Of a DNA stretch of 64,000 nucleotides, positions 39,410-50,410 are shown one piece after another. The DNA is taken from contig OX638379.1 in the NCBI GenBank assembly GCA_951813605.1, positions 684,830-748,829 on the forward strand. The letters are read 5' to 3'. The first letter of the stretch is position 1; each line of letters starts with the position of its first letter. The stretch comes from an uncultured Bryobacterales bacterium. GTDB taxonomy: Bacteria; Acidobacteriota; Terriglobia; Bryobacterales; UBA6623. The notes under the pieces were generated by a model. It did not search any database. It was not told the DNA's origin and was given only the letters and a program-made list of their open reading frames with translations. A program made the position numbers and the translations under genes.

Positions 39410-41698
39410 TCATTCCCAGTCCAGATGCTCGCGAAGAAACCGGAACGTAACTTTGCCGTGGATCTCGTGGGGTCCGTTGAAAAACTCGATCTCGGTTCTG
39501 TCCCCTAGGCCGAGCTGATTGTAGAACCGGCGGACCTTCGCGAATTCGTAGGCGACCCATTCGTCGGGAGCGACGCCGTCCGAATGGCCGCGCTCCACCA
39601 TGAACGGTCGCGGTGCCATTAGAGTGGCTAGTTCCGCGTAGTTGACGACATTGGCGAAGTTGAACTCCAGCATGTCGTACTCGCGAGTGAACAAGTAGCT
39701 GTAGCGATCCGTCGTGCTCGTGTTCTTCCACACCCATTCATTGAAATCCGCCGAGCAAATCGACAGGGCGTAGTCATCGAGCAGCGGGGGAATCCGCACC
39801 GCCGTCTTGCCGCCGTACGAAAGGCCGTAGAAACCAATTCGATCCGGGTCGACGAACGGTAACGACTTGAGCCACGCGAGCGTTTGCTGGTGCTGGCCCA
39901 CGATGAACGAATACAGCGACAGCTTTAGAGGGTGTGCCTTGCGGTGGAGCTGTCTGAACCGGTCGCGTCCGATATAGGGGTTTTGCGGGGCGTAGACTAC
40001 AAAGCCCTCCTGCGCCAGCCGCGCTCCGTAGCGATGGTAGGCACGATGGTCGGAATCGGGATCCACCACGTCGGTCGGACGCCCCTCCAGCCCGTGCTGC
40101 GCGACCACTACCGGACGGCGTTCGCCCGGAACAAGCCCCTTGGGGACAAGGATGACCCCGTAAGCAAACACATCCTCCCAAACGTCCAAAACGACTTCGA
40201 ATCCTTCAAAATCAGCGTGATCGTAGATTCGGCGCGTTCTGGTACGCGCCTCCCTGTCCGGACTTGGCAACCGCCCGATGACCTCGTTCCACAGGTGCTC
40301 GCGATAGAACTTTGTCGTATCTTTCCAAGCTTCGATCGAAGAATTGTCCGCCTTCGACCAGAATTCGTCACGGCGGTGCGGCGAATCCCGGACAAGGCTG
40401 TGGTTGAATGCCACGATCTGGTCGAACTGCCGGCGCATCCGCTTGTCGCCGTCCGCCGGAACGGCCAGCTCCTTGGGTACTTCGGCGGCAGGGCGCAGGC
40501 TCGTTGCAGGGATCAGCAACCGCAGGGCATCTTCTGTGCCCGGGGCGTCCACACCCTCCACGAGCGCGAGGTGGTTTGCCGCTCCAAGCAAGTCGTAGGT
40601 CTGTCGAACGCGGCCGACCTCGAAACGCACTGAATCAATGGATGGAGAGACCAGCCTGCCGGAGGCGGCCCGGTTGGCGTTTGGCTCGGGTGCGGGAGGC
40701 TGGCCGGAGACCTCGGGTCCTCGCGAGGCTTCGACAATCAATCTCCTTGGCGCTATCAGCCTCGCGGTCTCCGCGTCACCGAACTCCCGCAGCAATGCCC
40801 ATACGTTCCGGTCTATCGTTTCCTGCCAAAGGCCCTCCCGTTCCTGGAAGTACCCGCTCACCACCACCGACGAGACTCGCTTGTCGATGGCCGCCGCGTA
40901 CAGCGCGAGCAACCCTCCCTCCCCGTATCCAATGATCCCGACGGGAGCCGCTTGCTCGCGGTTGCGGGCTTCGAAGAAATCGACCGCTGACAGGACCTTT
41001 TGGATCTCGTACCCGATTAGGTGGCGTCCGAGTTCGTAACTCATCCGGAAAAGGAACTCGCGGTGCGGGAGATTTGTCCTTAAGACGCCGCTCAAGCCGG
41101 TCCATCGCGCTGTTCGGTCGATCAGTGTTGGCACGACCACTTGGCAACCGTTCTCCGCCAGTCGCCTTGCGAACTGAGCGTTCGCAGGCACGCCGTTCTC
41201 GATTCCCGCCAGCATTTCCGGCGACCACGACGCGTCTGGTATAGCCACGATCCTTGCCGTGGGAGGCGAACGGGGCTGCAGCAAGAGTCCCTCGCCAAAC
41301 ACTCCCGCGAGGGACTCCCAACGAACTTCGTGGATGTCGTAACCTGCGGCCCGCGCAACAATCGATGGCCTGTCCGTAGTGGCGACGAATTCGAGGGATT
41401 CGAGGGGCCGCCGCTCGTCGACTACTCCGAGAAGGGTCTTGAGGCGCTCGCGGTTCGGGGCGACAGACCTCTCGTATGCGCCGTGCGAGCCGTAGTCAGG
41501 ATTCCAGTACTGGCTTCGATCCTTGGCGGCTGCTTCGGTTGCCTTGTCCAAGTAGCGATGAATGCCCTCCACCATCTCCGCGGCAAGGTCGCCCGTGGAC
41601 TCCAGCGGTTGTGTGTCAAGCAGGACGGTCTGCGCAGAAGCACCGATCAGGACGCCCAGGGCGGCCACCAGTCCGCAACAAGAACTCTTGAGATTCAC
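39410..41698 (-). CDS. Tandem alpha/beta hydrolase (dienelactone hydrolase-like), exported
   Basis: GGAGG RBS before GTG 41698; domain 1 elbow GYGEGG, domain 2 GLSYGG; QHGLEG, FNGPHEI. Confidence 0.85.
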   Translation of the reverse strand: MNLKSSCCGLVAALGVLIGASAQTVLLDTQPLESTGDLAAEMVEGIHRYLDKATEAAAKDRSQYWNPDYGSHGAYERSVAPNRERLKTLLGVVDERRPLESLEFVATTDRPSIVARAAGYDIHEVRWESLAGVFGEGLLLQPRSPPTARIVAIPDASWSPEMLAGIENGVPANAQFARRLAENGCQVVVPTLIDRTARWTGLSGVLRTNLPHREFLFRMSYELGRHLIGYEIQKVLSAVDFFEARNREQAAPVGIIGYGEGGLLALYAAAIDKRVSSVVVSGYFQEREGLWQETIDRNVWALLREFGDAETARLIAPRRLIVEASRGPEVSGQPPAPEPNANRAASGRLVSPSIDSVRFEVGRVRQTYDLLGAANHLALVEGVDAPGTEDALRLLIPATSLRPAAEVPKELAVPADGDKRMRRQFDQIVAFNHSLVRDSPHRRDEFWSKADNSSIEAWKDTTKFYREHLWNEVIGRLPSPDREARTRTRRIYDHADFEGFEVVLDVWEDVFAYGVILVPKGLVPGERRPVVVAQHGLEGRPTDVVDPDSDHRAYHRYGARLAQEGFVVYAPQNPYIGRDRFRQLHRKAHPLKLSLYSFIVGQHQQTLAWLKSLPFVDPDRIGFYGLSYGGKTAVRIPPLLDDYALSICSADFNEWVWKNTSTTDRYSYLFTREYDMLEFNFANVVNYAELATLMAPRPFMVERGHSDGVAPDEWVAYEFAKVRRFYNQLGLGDRTEIEFFNGPHEIHGKVTFRFLREHLDWE

Positions 41699-41781
41699 GG
41701 CAGCCTCCCGGCAGTCGACCACTGCTTCGCGACCGGCAGATCCCGAATGGTCATGAAATACGGCATGCGTGGGATCCAGGG

Positions 41782-42993
41782 CTAGCCCTCGCGGATCCTC
41801 CGTTTCCGATTGTCATATTCGACCCTGCTTCCACGCACGAAGCTCTCGTCAGCGAGGATCGCGGCGATCGAATGGCTGTAGCCGGCCTCGATCGGGGCGC
41901 TCGGCGTTTCTCTCGAGCGCAGGCACTCTAGGAAGTTCAGCATGTGCGGAACGCTCTCCGCCTCTTGGATCGTCTCGCCGTCGCGAATACGGTCGGCATC
42001 TTCCACTGTGTTCCCGCTAATCGCAAACGGGTCCCCCCAGCGAGTCGCGTCCATCTCGCCGCGGGATCCGAAAAACTTCAAGTAGTTGTGCCCCCGAACG
42101 CCGAAAGTCGAGCAATACCGGACTAGAAACCCCTCCTTGGTGTACTCCAACGTGGTCTCCACGGAGTCGGGAACGTCGAATCCGTCCCGATTCCAACGGA
42201 ATCCACCCGCCATAGTGACGGCACGGGTCGGTGGTCCGGCACCGGTGATGAAGTGGACAAGATCAAAGAAATGAACGCCCAGATTGCTGTGAGGCCCTTG
42301 CGAAAAGTCGCGATAGCCGAACCAGCCGGCATGCTGCTGGGCGTCCCAGGGCCTATGCTTGCGGTGCATGAGGAATCGCTTCCAATCGGTGTCTCGCTCC
42401 TCCAAGCGCCGCTCGGCGTAACGGTACCAGTACGGCTTGTAGGAATTCCGGGATTGCTCGATCTTGAAGATTCTCCCCAAGCCTCCTGCCTGTACGAACG
42501 CCCGGGCCGCGACCGACGACGGGAAACTGCGCACTTGAGTGCCCATCTGCACGACGCGATCTGACGCTTTGACTGTGTCGCACGCCCTTCTCAGTTCCTT
42601 GAGATCCATAGCGAGCGGCTTTTCGACGTAAGCGTCCTTTCCCGCTCGGATAGCGTCGATTAGCTGCACGCAGTGCTGGTGGTCGGGCGTCCCAATGACC
42701 ACCGCGTCGACGTCATCGCGCGCAAGCAAGTCTTCGTAGGAGTGGACCGTGTCGGGGGCGTTCCCGGCCGTTTCGAGAACTCTCGTGGCCGCGGTCTCGC
42801 GGTGGCTGCGCCAAATATCGCAAACCGCGCGGACCTCGGCGTTGGCCTGCTGCCGAAACTCAAGGACTTGACCGAGCAGGTTCCTTCTCCCGCAGCCGAG
42901 AATTCCGATACCGATTCGGTCGTTTGCACCGAGGGTGCGGGCGGCGCTGAGCGCAGTGATCCCGGAGCCTGCGACAAAGTTCCTTCGCGTCAT
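41782..42993 (-). CDS. Gfo/Idh/MocA family oxidoreductase, Tat-exported
   Basis: MTRRNF; GCGRR, TPDHQH, YVEKP. Confidence 0.92.
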   Translation of the reverse strand: MTRRNFVAGSGITALSAARTLGANDRIGIGILGCGRRNLLGQVLEFRQQANAEVRAVCDIWRSHRETAATRVLETAGNAPDTVHSYEDLLARDDVDAVVIGTPDHQHCVQLIDAIRAGKDAYVEKPLAMDLKELRRACDTVKASDRVVQMGTQVRSFPSSVAARAFVQAGGLGRIFKIEQSRNSYKPYWYRYAERRLEERDTDWKRFLMHRKHRPWDAQQHAGWFGYRDFSQGPHSNLGVHFFDLVHFITGAGPPTRAVTMAGGFRWNRDGFDVPDSVETTLEYTKEGFLVRYCSTFGVRGHNYLKFFGSRGEMDATRWGDPFAISGNTVEDADRIRDGETIQEAESVPHMLNFLECLRSRETPSAPIEAGYSHSIAAILADESFVRGSRVEYDNRKRRIREG

Positions 42994-43174
42994 GCGGTGA
43001 GTATATCCGTATCGGGCACGGGTTGGCATAGCCAGTGCAGCTACCGGCTTGCACGTCCCATGCGCGAGTGATAACGAGTCGAGGGCCCAACTCCGGGGCC
43101 CCTGCCGCAAGGTGGATGATTCAATTCGCTGGCTTGGAGTCGCCTTGTTCCACTCCGAGGGCAGCCGCTGCGGC

Positions 43175-44443
43175 TCAACCGAGAGCAGCCCGCGCCACGC
43201 GCAGCACGTTCCCACCCAAGATCTTGCGGATTGCATTGTCCGAATGGCCCCGCTGCACCATTCCGACGGTGAACATGGGCCAGTTCGTCCAAGCCAGGCT
43301 GCGTGTCATCGCCGGCTCCGTGGTGAAATCGTCCTCGGGCCACAGCGCGGCGAAGCGCGTTCGACTGGGTCCGCGCCGCGGGATCTTTTGCGCTTCCTCT
43401 TCCGTGTATTGCGATCGGTAGGCTACGTCCGTTCCAATTGCGACGTGGTCGGCTCCGAACTTCCCGACGGCGTAGTCAATATGGTCGAGCAGTGCTCGGA
43501 TGTCGCCCGTGCGCCGCAGGAAGCGGGGTATGCAGCAGATGCCGATATAGCCCTCGGAATCCGCGATTGCGCGTATCACTTCGTCGGGCTTGGACCGGAT
43601 GTGCGGATGGATCGCAGCACATGAAGTGTGGCTGGCGACGATAGGCCGACCAGACGCGCGCGCCGATTCCAGGCTGGTACGCCAGCCCGAATGAGCAACG
43701 TCGACGATTACGCCAACCTTGTTCATCTCGGCTATGGCTGTCCGCCCGAAGTCGCTCAGACCTCCGTTGGCGGTCTCCGCGCAGCCATCGCCCAGCCGGT
43801 TGCGCCGGTTGTAGGTCACGTGCATCATCCGGATGCCGAGCTGGAAGAAAATACGCACGTACCGCAGCTCGTCCTCAACCGAGTTCCATTGCTGCGTTAA
43901 GGGGACGCCGTTACCGGTGAAATAAAGGCAGCCTAGGCCATCAGCCCGCGCACGTTCGACATCGTCGGGCGTGACCGCACGCCGCAAAACCCCCCGCAAG
44001 TGGTCGGTCAGGTAGGTGAAGCGAGCCAAGCGTTTGATCAATCGCAGCGGGTCGCTGCTCTCCTCGCCGCAGTTCTGGAAGATACAGGTCATTCCCGCCG
44101 CGTTCCACGCTCGAACGAATTCCTCTCGCTCCTTCTCGATCGTCGCCGGCCGCGTCATAGCCATGTCCTCGCGCTGGTCCTGCAGTTCCATCTCGGAGGC
44201 GCCTTCTTCCATCAGCTCGCGAACAGCGTCTCCGTCCAAGGCCGCTCTTGGCGAAAAGCCGTAGGCGTCGAAGACCAAGGCCTCTCGGTGGAGGCGCAAT
44301 CCGTAGTCGAGGTCGCGTCGACTGGGCTTGAGGAGGTCGATGGCGGTCTGGCGGTCGTTCTCGATTCGTTCGTTGCTACCCGCACTCAGTTGCGCGGCGG
44401 CCGCTAGGGAACCCCCCGTTGCGATGAACTGGCGACGATTCAT
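43175..44443 (-). CDS. Membrane dipeptidase (peptidase M19)-like protein, Tat-exported
   Basis: MNRRQF; LGIRMMHVTYN..N.LGDGC, GLSDFG, IVDVAH, ASHT, HVAIGTD, KILGGN.LRV. Confidence 0.87.
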   Translation of the reverse strand: MNRRQFIATGGSLAAAAQLSAGSNERIENDRQTAIDLLKPSRRDLDYGLRLHREALVFDAYGFSPRAALDGDAVRELMEEGASEMELQDQREDMAMTRPATIEKEREEFVRAWNAAGMTCIFQNCGEESSDPLRLIKRLARFTYLTDHLRGVLRRAVTPDDVERARADGLGCLYFTGNGVPLTQQWNSVEDELRYVRIFFQLGIRMMHVTYNRRNRLGDGCAETANGGLSDFGRTAIAEMNKVGVIVDVAHSGWRTSLESARASGRPIVASHTSCAAIHPHIRSKPDEVIRAIADSEGYIGICCIPRFLRRTGDIRALLDHIDYAVGKFGADHVAIGTDVAYRSQYTEEEAQKIPRRGPSRTRFAALWPEDDFTTEPAMTRSLAWTNWPMFTVGMVQRGHSDNAIRKILGGNVLRVARAALG

Positions 44444-45386
44444 GGGTACATCATCGTTGATTGGATCTAGCACGCGCCCTTGGCGTCGAGGATTCGATCC
44501 TGCGGAATTGCTTGGCCCGCCCGTACGGCTCGCTGCCATGGCGGACTGCAGCCGGAGCGCCAAGGAAAAGGAGTGATTGCGTGAGGCGGATTTGGGACTG
44601 ATCTAGACGACGCGCGGAATCATTCGTCGCTTGCAGTCCGCGCAAGCGTTGCGCGCGCCTCGCCAGCCAAGCAATTCGGACTGTTGGCGATGACTCGCTG
44701 GAGACCCGTCCCTGCTCGCTTTTCTCTGAACTGGCCGAGTTGCCAGGTCAGCCCTTGTTTCAATCAGTGTCCGATTGGATAGCCGGATTTCACTCCGGGA
44801 CTTGCGATTCTGTCGAGGAGATCAATAAGATGCAGGCGCATCTCCTATGTATCCGGCGATTCCTGCAAGAAGGATCGCTCGTTTGTCATTACTTCCTTAC
44901 AGGGCCAAACCCGGCCAATCGCTCTCCGGTCACGATCAGGCCTTCGGTGAGGGTGGTTCGCGCAGCAAGCGTACAACGGGTCCTCATCGACCGCCACGTC
45001 CCCGCTCTTGCATCAGGGACGAATCGACTGGTCCCGATTGTCCGGCAAATTGCGCTTACCCCGATTCGTACGAATCAACCAACATGTACCGCAGCAGTTT
45101 GGATCCGCTGCTTGGCATACCTCGCGGACTAGCACAAATACCGAGACAGTCCAGTGATCGATCTATCGAAAGGAGGCACTGCTGAAACCCCATAAGACGA
45201 TGTTTCAGCCGCTGCTTGTCATCGTGCGCCCTTGATCCGAATTCCCCTTTCCAAGCTGGTGTGTTTTCCCGAAACCTCTTCTGCGGCAGTTGTCGGACTG
45301 ATCCGCGTTGCCGCGCTGCAAATGCGAGAGGTGCTGGAGGACTGCCGTTTGTTCCAGTAGGTCCTACTGCGGAATGCAAAGCAACA

Positions 45387-47873
45387 TCAGCCCTGCCGCA
45401 ATGCTTCGGACGGACGAACCCGGCCCGCTCTTGCCGCGGGCACAATGGCAGACACGCATCCGCATATCACGAGTGCTATCGACGCATATCCAACAATGTC
45501 CCATTCGAGCGGACCGACCTCGAACAGCATTCCCGAAACCAACCGACCGGCACCGATCGCGCCCAGCAGACCGGCCGCCGTACCGCCGACCAGCAGGAGA
45601 GCAGCGCGGCGGAATACGAGGGCTTGGACACGATGCCGGGTCGCCCCCAGGGCCATCCGTACTCCGATTTCCGCAGTGCGATTTCGGACAGCCTGGCTGC
45701 ACACCCCGAATAACCCCAGTCCGGAAATCAAGAGCGCAACAACGGAGAACGCCCCGACGAGTCGTACCAGGATCCGTTCGTTGGCGACCGCTCGCATTAG
45801 GTGGCCCTCGACGGTACTGAATCCCCTTCCAATCGGCATTCCAGGCACTACTTCAAGGACTACCCGACGGACAGCCTCCGCGGTACTCTCGGCGCCGACA
45901 GACGAGCGCACCGCGACAGTTTCGGTGAAGCCCTTAAGATCGACAGTGGAGCGGTAGATCAGGGGTGGCGGTTCGTCGCGAGGATTCACGTGGCGGACGT
46001 TCGCCACGACACCGACGATTCGGGCCGCTTCTTCTATCACCCCGCCAAGCGCCGAGGCGTCGGGGAAAAACCTGTCGGCGAAGGCTTGGTTGACCACTAT
46101 TTGGTTCGTGTCCCCGTAGCCTGGAACTCGTCCGCCAAGCAGCTGTATGCCCAACGTCTCGAAGTAGCTCGGAGACGCCTGGACGTGAATGACGCCCATA
46201 TCCTCGTCCTTGCCCGGCATATATCCGGAAACCGAGATCGTTCTTTGCCCATAGTTGCCTTTAAGGGGCAAGGACTCCGTGAAGGCTGCGGATTCGACAC
46301 CCGGGATTTCCCTGACACGCTCGAGGATTCGCCGGCGCATTAGTGGCTGGCCCTCCTTCGAGAATCCCCCGCCTTGGGGGTCAATGCTGACGGCAATGAC
46401 GTTCGCTGCTTCGATGCCGAGGTCGGTCGCCCGTATTCCGGCGAGTGTTTTTAGGAATAGCCCTGCAGTCGTCAGCAGAACCAAAGCCAAGGCGCACTGC
46501 CCGGATACCAACAGGCTCCTAACGAGAATTTCGCCTCGCTGGGGAGTCATCCTGGAAGACCCGTCCTTCAACGAGTCCGCCGTTGCTGTACGGGACGCCC
46601 AGATCGAAGGCGCCAACCCGAAAAGGAACACGGTCAGGATTCCAACGCCGGCTGCGAACAAGAGTTCCGGCCAAGCCAAGCGCGCGTCCAGCAAAGAGTA
46701 CGCACCTCTCAGTTCTCCTACCCAATCCTGCAACGTCGGGATCAGCCAGTAAGGCAGAGCGCAGCCCAGCGACGTTCCCGTAGCGGCGAGGATAGCGCTC
46801 TCGGCGAGCAAGGGGCGGACCAGCTCGACCCGGCTTGCTCCCAGCGCTTGGCGGACGGCGAGCTCGTGACGGCGCTCTGTTGCCCGAACTAGCAGAAGGC
46901 TTCCCAGATTTGCGCAAGCCACGATCAAAAGCAGTGCAGTCGAGCCCCACAGCAGCATCAACGGTCTGCTGGCGGATATCCGGACCCTCGATATGCCCGT
47001 GTCCATCGCGGTCAGGGGCATCCTTATCCTTGAGAGAGCCTCCCTTTCCTCGTCCGAGATGTTCCCCCCGGCCTGCTCGAGGAACACTTGCTGCAGGCGG
47101 AGATTGAGTGCTTCTTCCGCCTGCTCGAAACCGACATCCGGCTTGACTCGCATCAGGATATTCAGCCAGTAGGTCTCGTAGGGCGTTCCCGGCTCGAGGC
47201 GGGACGGGCTGCGAGTGACGCTTGGTTGCATGGACATCGGCACCCAAACGTCAGGTCTGGATTCCAGCGTGTGACCGTGAAATGACGGTTCGGCTATGCC
47301 GACGATCTCGTAGGGAACCGCGTTCAGCTGGATGGTGGAGCCCACCGCCTGCGGGTCTGCCCCGAGGCGGTCTGTCCAGAATCCGTGACTTAATACCGCA
47401 AACGGACTCGCCCCGGGCGCACCGTCGTCATCGGTTTCGAGCACCCGCCCGACGAACGGGCGCACTCCGAGCATCGAAAAGTACGAACCGGTGACCAACA
47501 TGCAGGAGGCCCGTTGTAGGTCGCTTCCCGGCGCAGATCGCTCGCCCCAATAGACCGTCGAGAGAAACGTTGGCGCTGCCGCGACATCTGCGAGTACGCC
47601 GTTGTTGTTCTCGCGAAGAGCTTCGTATTGGGGGAACGAGAAGACGCTTTCCTGAGGTCGATCGCTCCGGCTGAAGACTCCCATTGCACCCGGTCCCAGC
47701 ACAGCCAATTCACCTGGGCGTTCTACCGGGAGCGTGCGGAGCACGAGGGCTTCGAAGAGGCTGAACACGGCTGTGTTGGCTCCTGTGCCAGCTGCGAGGG
47801 TTAGCGCCGCGATGACGAAGAAGCCGGGATGCTTCCTAAGGGATCGAAACGCAACTTTGATGTCGCCTAGCAT
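45387..47873 (-). CDS. ADOP-type duplicated MacB/FtsX ABC permease
   Basis: DIKVAFRSLRKHPGF..LTLA.G.GANTAVFS, ACANL, ELAVRQALGASR, EIGVRMALGA. Confidence 0.93.
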   Translation of the reverse strand: MLGDIKVAFRSLRKHPGFFVIAALTLAAGTGANTAVFSLFEALVLRTLPVERPGELAVLGPGAMGVFSRSDRPQESVFSFPQYEALRENNNGVLADVAAAPTFLSTVYWGERSAPGSDLQRASCMLVTGSYFSMLGVRPFVGRVLETDDDGAPGASPFAVLSHGFWTDRLGADPQAVGSTIQLNAVPYEIVGIAEPSFHGHTLESRPDVWVPMSMQPSVTRSPSRLEPGTPYETYWLNILMRVKPDVGFEQAEEALNLRLQQVFLEQAGGNISDEEREALSRIRMPLTAMDTGISRVRISASRPLMLLWGSTALLLIVACANLGSLLLVRATERRHELAVRQALGASRVELVRPLLAESAILAATGTSLGCALPYWLIPTLQDWVGELRGAYSLLDARLAWPELLFAAGVGILTVFLFGLAPSIWASRTATADSLKDGSSRMTPQRGEILVRSLLVSGQCALALVLLTTAGLFLKTLAGIRATDLGIEAANVIAVSIDPQGGGFSKEGQPLMRRRILERVREIPGVESAAFTESLPLKGNYGQRTISVSGYMPGKDEDMGVIHVQASPSYFETLGIQLLGGRVPGYGDTNQIVVNQAFADRFFPDASALGGVIEEAARIVGVVANVRHVNPRDEPPPLIYRSTVDLKGFTETVAVRSSVGAESTAEAVRRVVLEVVPGMPIGRGFSTVEGHLMRAVANERILVRLVGAFSVVALLISGLGLFGVCSQAVRNRTAEIGVRMALGATRHRVQALVFRRAALLLVGGTAAGLLGAIGAGRLVSGMLFEVGPLEWDIVGYASIALVICGCVSAIVPAARAGRVRPSEALRQG

Positions 47874-48299
47874 TTGAGGGAATGACTGGGAACGACGCTC
47901 CGGAGTAAAGACTGCGGTAGATTGTGCGACGGTTTGAAACGTATGGATGACGTACTTGTGATCGTTCGTACGTAGCCTTAACCGTGGACGCAAGTAATGT
48001 TACCAGCCGTGAGAGGTACGGCCAAGATGCGGGGCGCACGTACAGAGACCGTTTAGCCTTGTGTTTACGAGCAGGCCGATGTGTTCGCTAGCCGCGAGGA
48101 CCGACACAGATCGAGGCTCGAATTGCCAAGGTGACGAGGCACTCGGAATGACGAATCCAAGTCTTAGGCTGAAGGTTTGCTCGTTTCGCCTCTTGATCAC
48201 GCCGGCAGCTGGCGAACGACGTCGGTTTGACCGTGCCCTACGTGGGGTCTTCCTCGAACTATCTACTGAGCGCCTACAACGAGAACGCCGCAACGCGCG

Positions 48300-49101
48300 G
48301 AGATCCTGGCACGGAAGCGTCGCGGCACAAGCATGTTGAGTATGTGGGCAACTTGGTATATCGGACACCTTATGGCTCTTCGAACTACAACGGAATGAAC
48401 GCTACCCTTGCCAGGCGCTTCTCCAGCGGCAACCTTTGGACGGTTGCCTACACCTGGGCACATGGCATCGGCAACACGTCCGAGCAGTTCGTGGGAGCCG
48501 TGACAGGGGTCCAGGACCCGTCCTGCTTCTCTTGCCCGCGGATCTCGAACTCCAGCGACCTGCGGCAGAGACTCGCTACGAGCTACTTGATCGAGCTGCC
48601 GTTCGGGCGCGGCAAGCGGTTACTTGACCGGGGCGGCGTGCTGAATTTCGCTCTTGGCGGATGGCAGCTGAGTGGCCTGCTCCAGCTGCAGACCGGTCAG
48701 TACTACAACGTCACTCTTCCGGCCGCTTTCACCAACCTCGGCACGCGTGGAGGCCAGGCGTGGCAGGAGAGTACCGTGTCTCGAATCCCAGCCCCGACCG
48801 CTGGTACGACCGCACCGCGTTTGCAATCCCCCGCGATGCAAGCGCCTTGGCCGACTTTGGAAACGTCGGGCGCAACAGCATGCAGGAAGACGGCATCTTC
48901 AATTGGGACATCGGACTGCAGAAGGCGTTCCAAGTGACCGAGAGCCTGGACGTGCAGTTTCGCCGGGAAGTATTCAATATGACGAACCATCCCAGCTTCG
49001 CCGTACCGAACCGGAACGTGCGTTCGCCCGCCGGCGGTACGATCCGCGGCACGAACACGAGTCCGCGGCAGATGCAGTTCGGCTTGAGAATCTCCTTCTA
49101 G
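48300..49101 (+). pseudogene. 3' remnant of an Oar-like TonB-dependent receptor, frameshifted
   Basis: G.SNYNG....RRFS.G..AYTW, ELPFGRGK..LGGWQLSG, then a frame change near 48745 to WRP..FGNVGRN..NWD.GLQK.F..FNMTNHP.F..PRQMQFGLRISF (terminal Phe); N-terminus missing. Confidence 0.87.
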
Positions 49102-49398
49102 CTGGGAGGACGGGGCGCGCCGGTCCGGTCCGGAGTGGCCCTTATTGGCCCGTGAACGGCACCGCCGGCGGAAACCCTCTTGCTGGTTGACTAGATGTGC
49201 TGGCTTGGACGGCTGAGTTGACTCGATTCCTTCCGGCCTGGTAGCAGCGTGCGGTCGCACCCTCGGTCCGAACTATTGATGCATTTAGTGCATTCGGTGC
49301 CGAACAAGGCTTCCGCGATGCCTTGGCGATGCCGGTGCTTGGAGTTGGGCGGAGAGCGCACTTCGCGTCGCTCCCCACCCGGAGTGGCCGGCCGCCGC

Positions 49399-49803
49399 TC
49401 AGTTGACCGGGATCAAGCGCGAGTTGTCGACGGGATCCTGCTTGGCGAGCACTAGTTCGATCACGCCGTTCTCGAAGGTCGCCTTCACGTTTTCGTAGTC
49501 GACGCTCTCGGGAAGCACGAACGTCCGCCTGAACTCTCCGCTCGGCCGCTCGACAAGGCTGAAGCGAGGCGTTGATTCCTCGCCGGCGGGCTTGCGCCCC
49601 GCCCGCACCGTCAGGAGATTGTCCTCGACGCGTACTTCGATGTCCTTTTGCGAGACGCCTGGCAGATCGCCCCGGAGCACGAACTGGGTGTCGTTCTCGG
49701 CGATGTCGAACGCAGGGGCCCAGCTCGGTCGGCTCGGACCGGCCGCGAGAAAGCGGTCCAAGTCCCTCCAGGGGTTGAACGCGGTGTGATGCAGTAGAGT
49801 CAT
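49399..49803 (-). CDS. Hsp20/alpha-crystallin small heat-shock protein
   Basis: AAAGGAG RBS; WAPAFDI.E, DLPGV, ER.SGEF.R.F.LP, ATFENGV. Confidence 0.93.
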   Translation of the reverse strand: MTLLHHTAFNPWRDLDRFLAAGPSRPSWAPAFDIAENDTQFVLRGDLPGVSQKDIEVRVEDNLLTVRAGRKPAGEESTPRFSLVERPSGEFRRTFVLPESVDYENVKATFENGVIELVLAKQDPVDNSRLIPVN

Positions 49804-49843
49804 GATTTGTTCTCCTTTCGTGTTAATGGCTGCTGATGTGCTC

Positions 49844-49930
49844 AGTATTGCACCAGAATAATGGTATGTCAAGTATTGAAATAAGAAAATATGAGTGTAT
49901 TAATATAAAGTAATATGATTTCATCAATAT
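49844..49930 (-). promoter_or_regulatory. sigma70-like promoter of hsp20 with an AT-rich upstream tract
   Basis: Minus-strand TTGACA (49872-49867)-N17-AATACT; strongly AT-rich 49855-49930. Confidence 0.6.
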
Positions 49931-50410
49931 CTCGTTTTGACGCCTCGAGGATTGCCTTGTCGGGAAATGTCCCGTACGCTCAGGGTTCGCGAGAGGCCGG
50001 ATGGTCCAGCCTTGCGAACAGGCTGAGTCTCTTGTGTGTCCAGGCGGGGCGTCGCACCTGACAGGCAACCTGGGGAGTGATTGGCTCGGACGCCGGCAAG
50101 TCGCGAGGTGGCGATTCGAAGGCGCGATCGCCGAAGGACGTTGTTGATGGGCCGTTGGGTTGTCGGAACTATGGAGCGCACGCTCCACCCGGGCCGATGG
50201 GTCACGGATGGCTTCAACCCTTCCATAGCTAGGCCTGTGAGCAGGGGTGTCTGCGTCGCTGACCGTGGAGGTACGTGGGGTGCGGTTCGCGACGGAATCC
50301 CGAAGCGGCGTTCAATATCATTCACCCCAATCGGCCGCCTGCCGGCAAAGCGAATTGCGCGCCCCGACCGCCGTTCGCGGTGGTATGATCAGCACGGGAG
50401 GATTGCTTGC

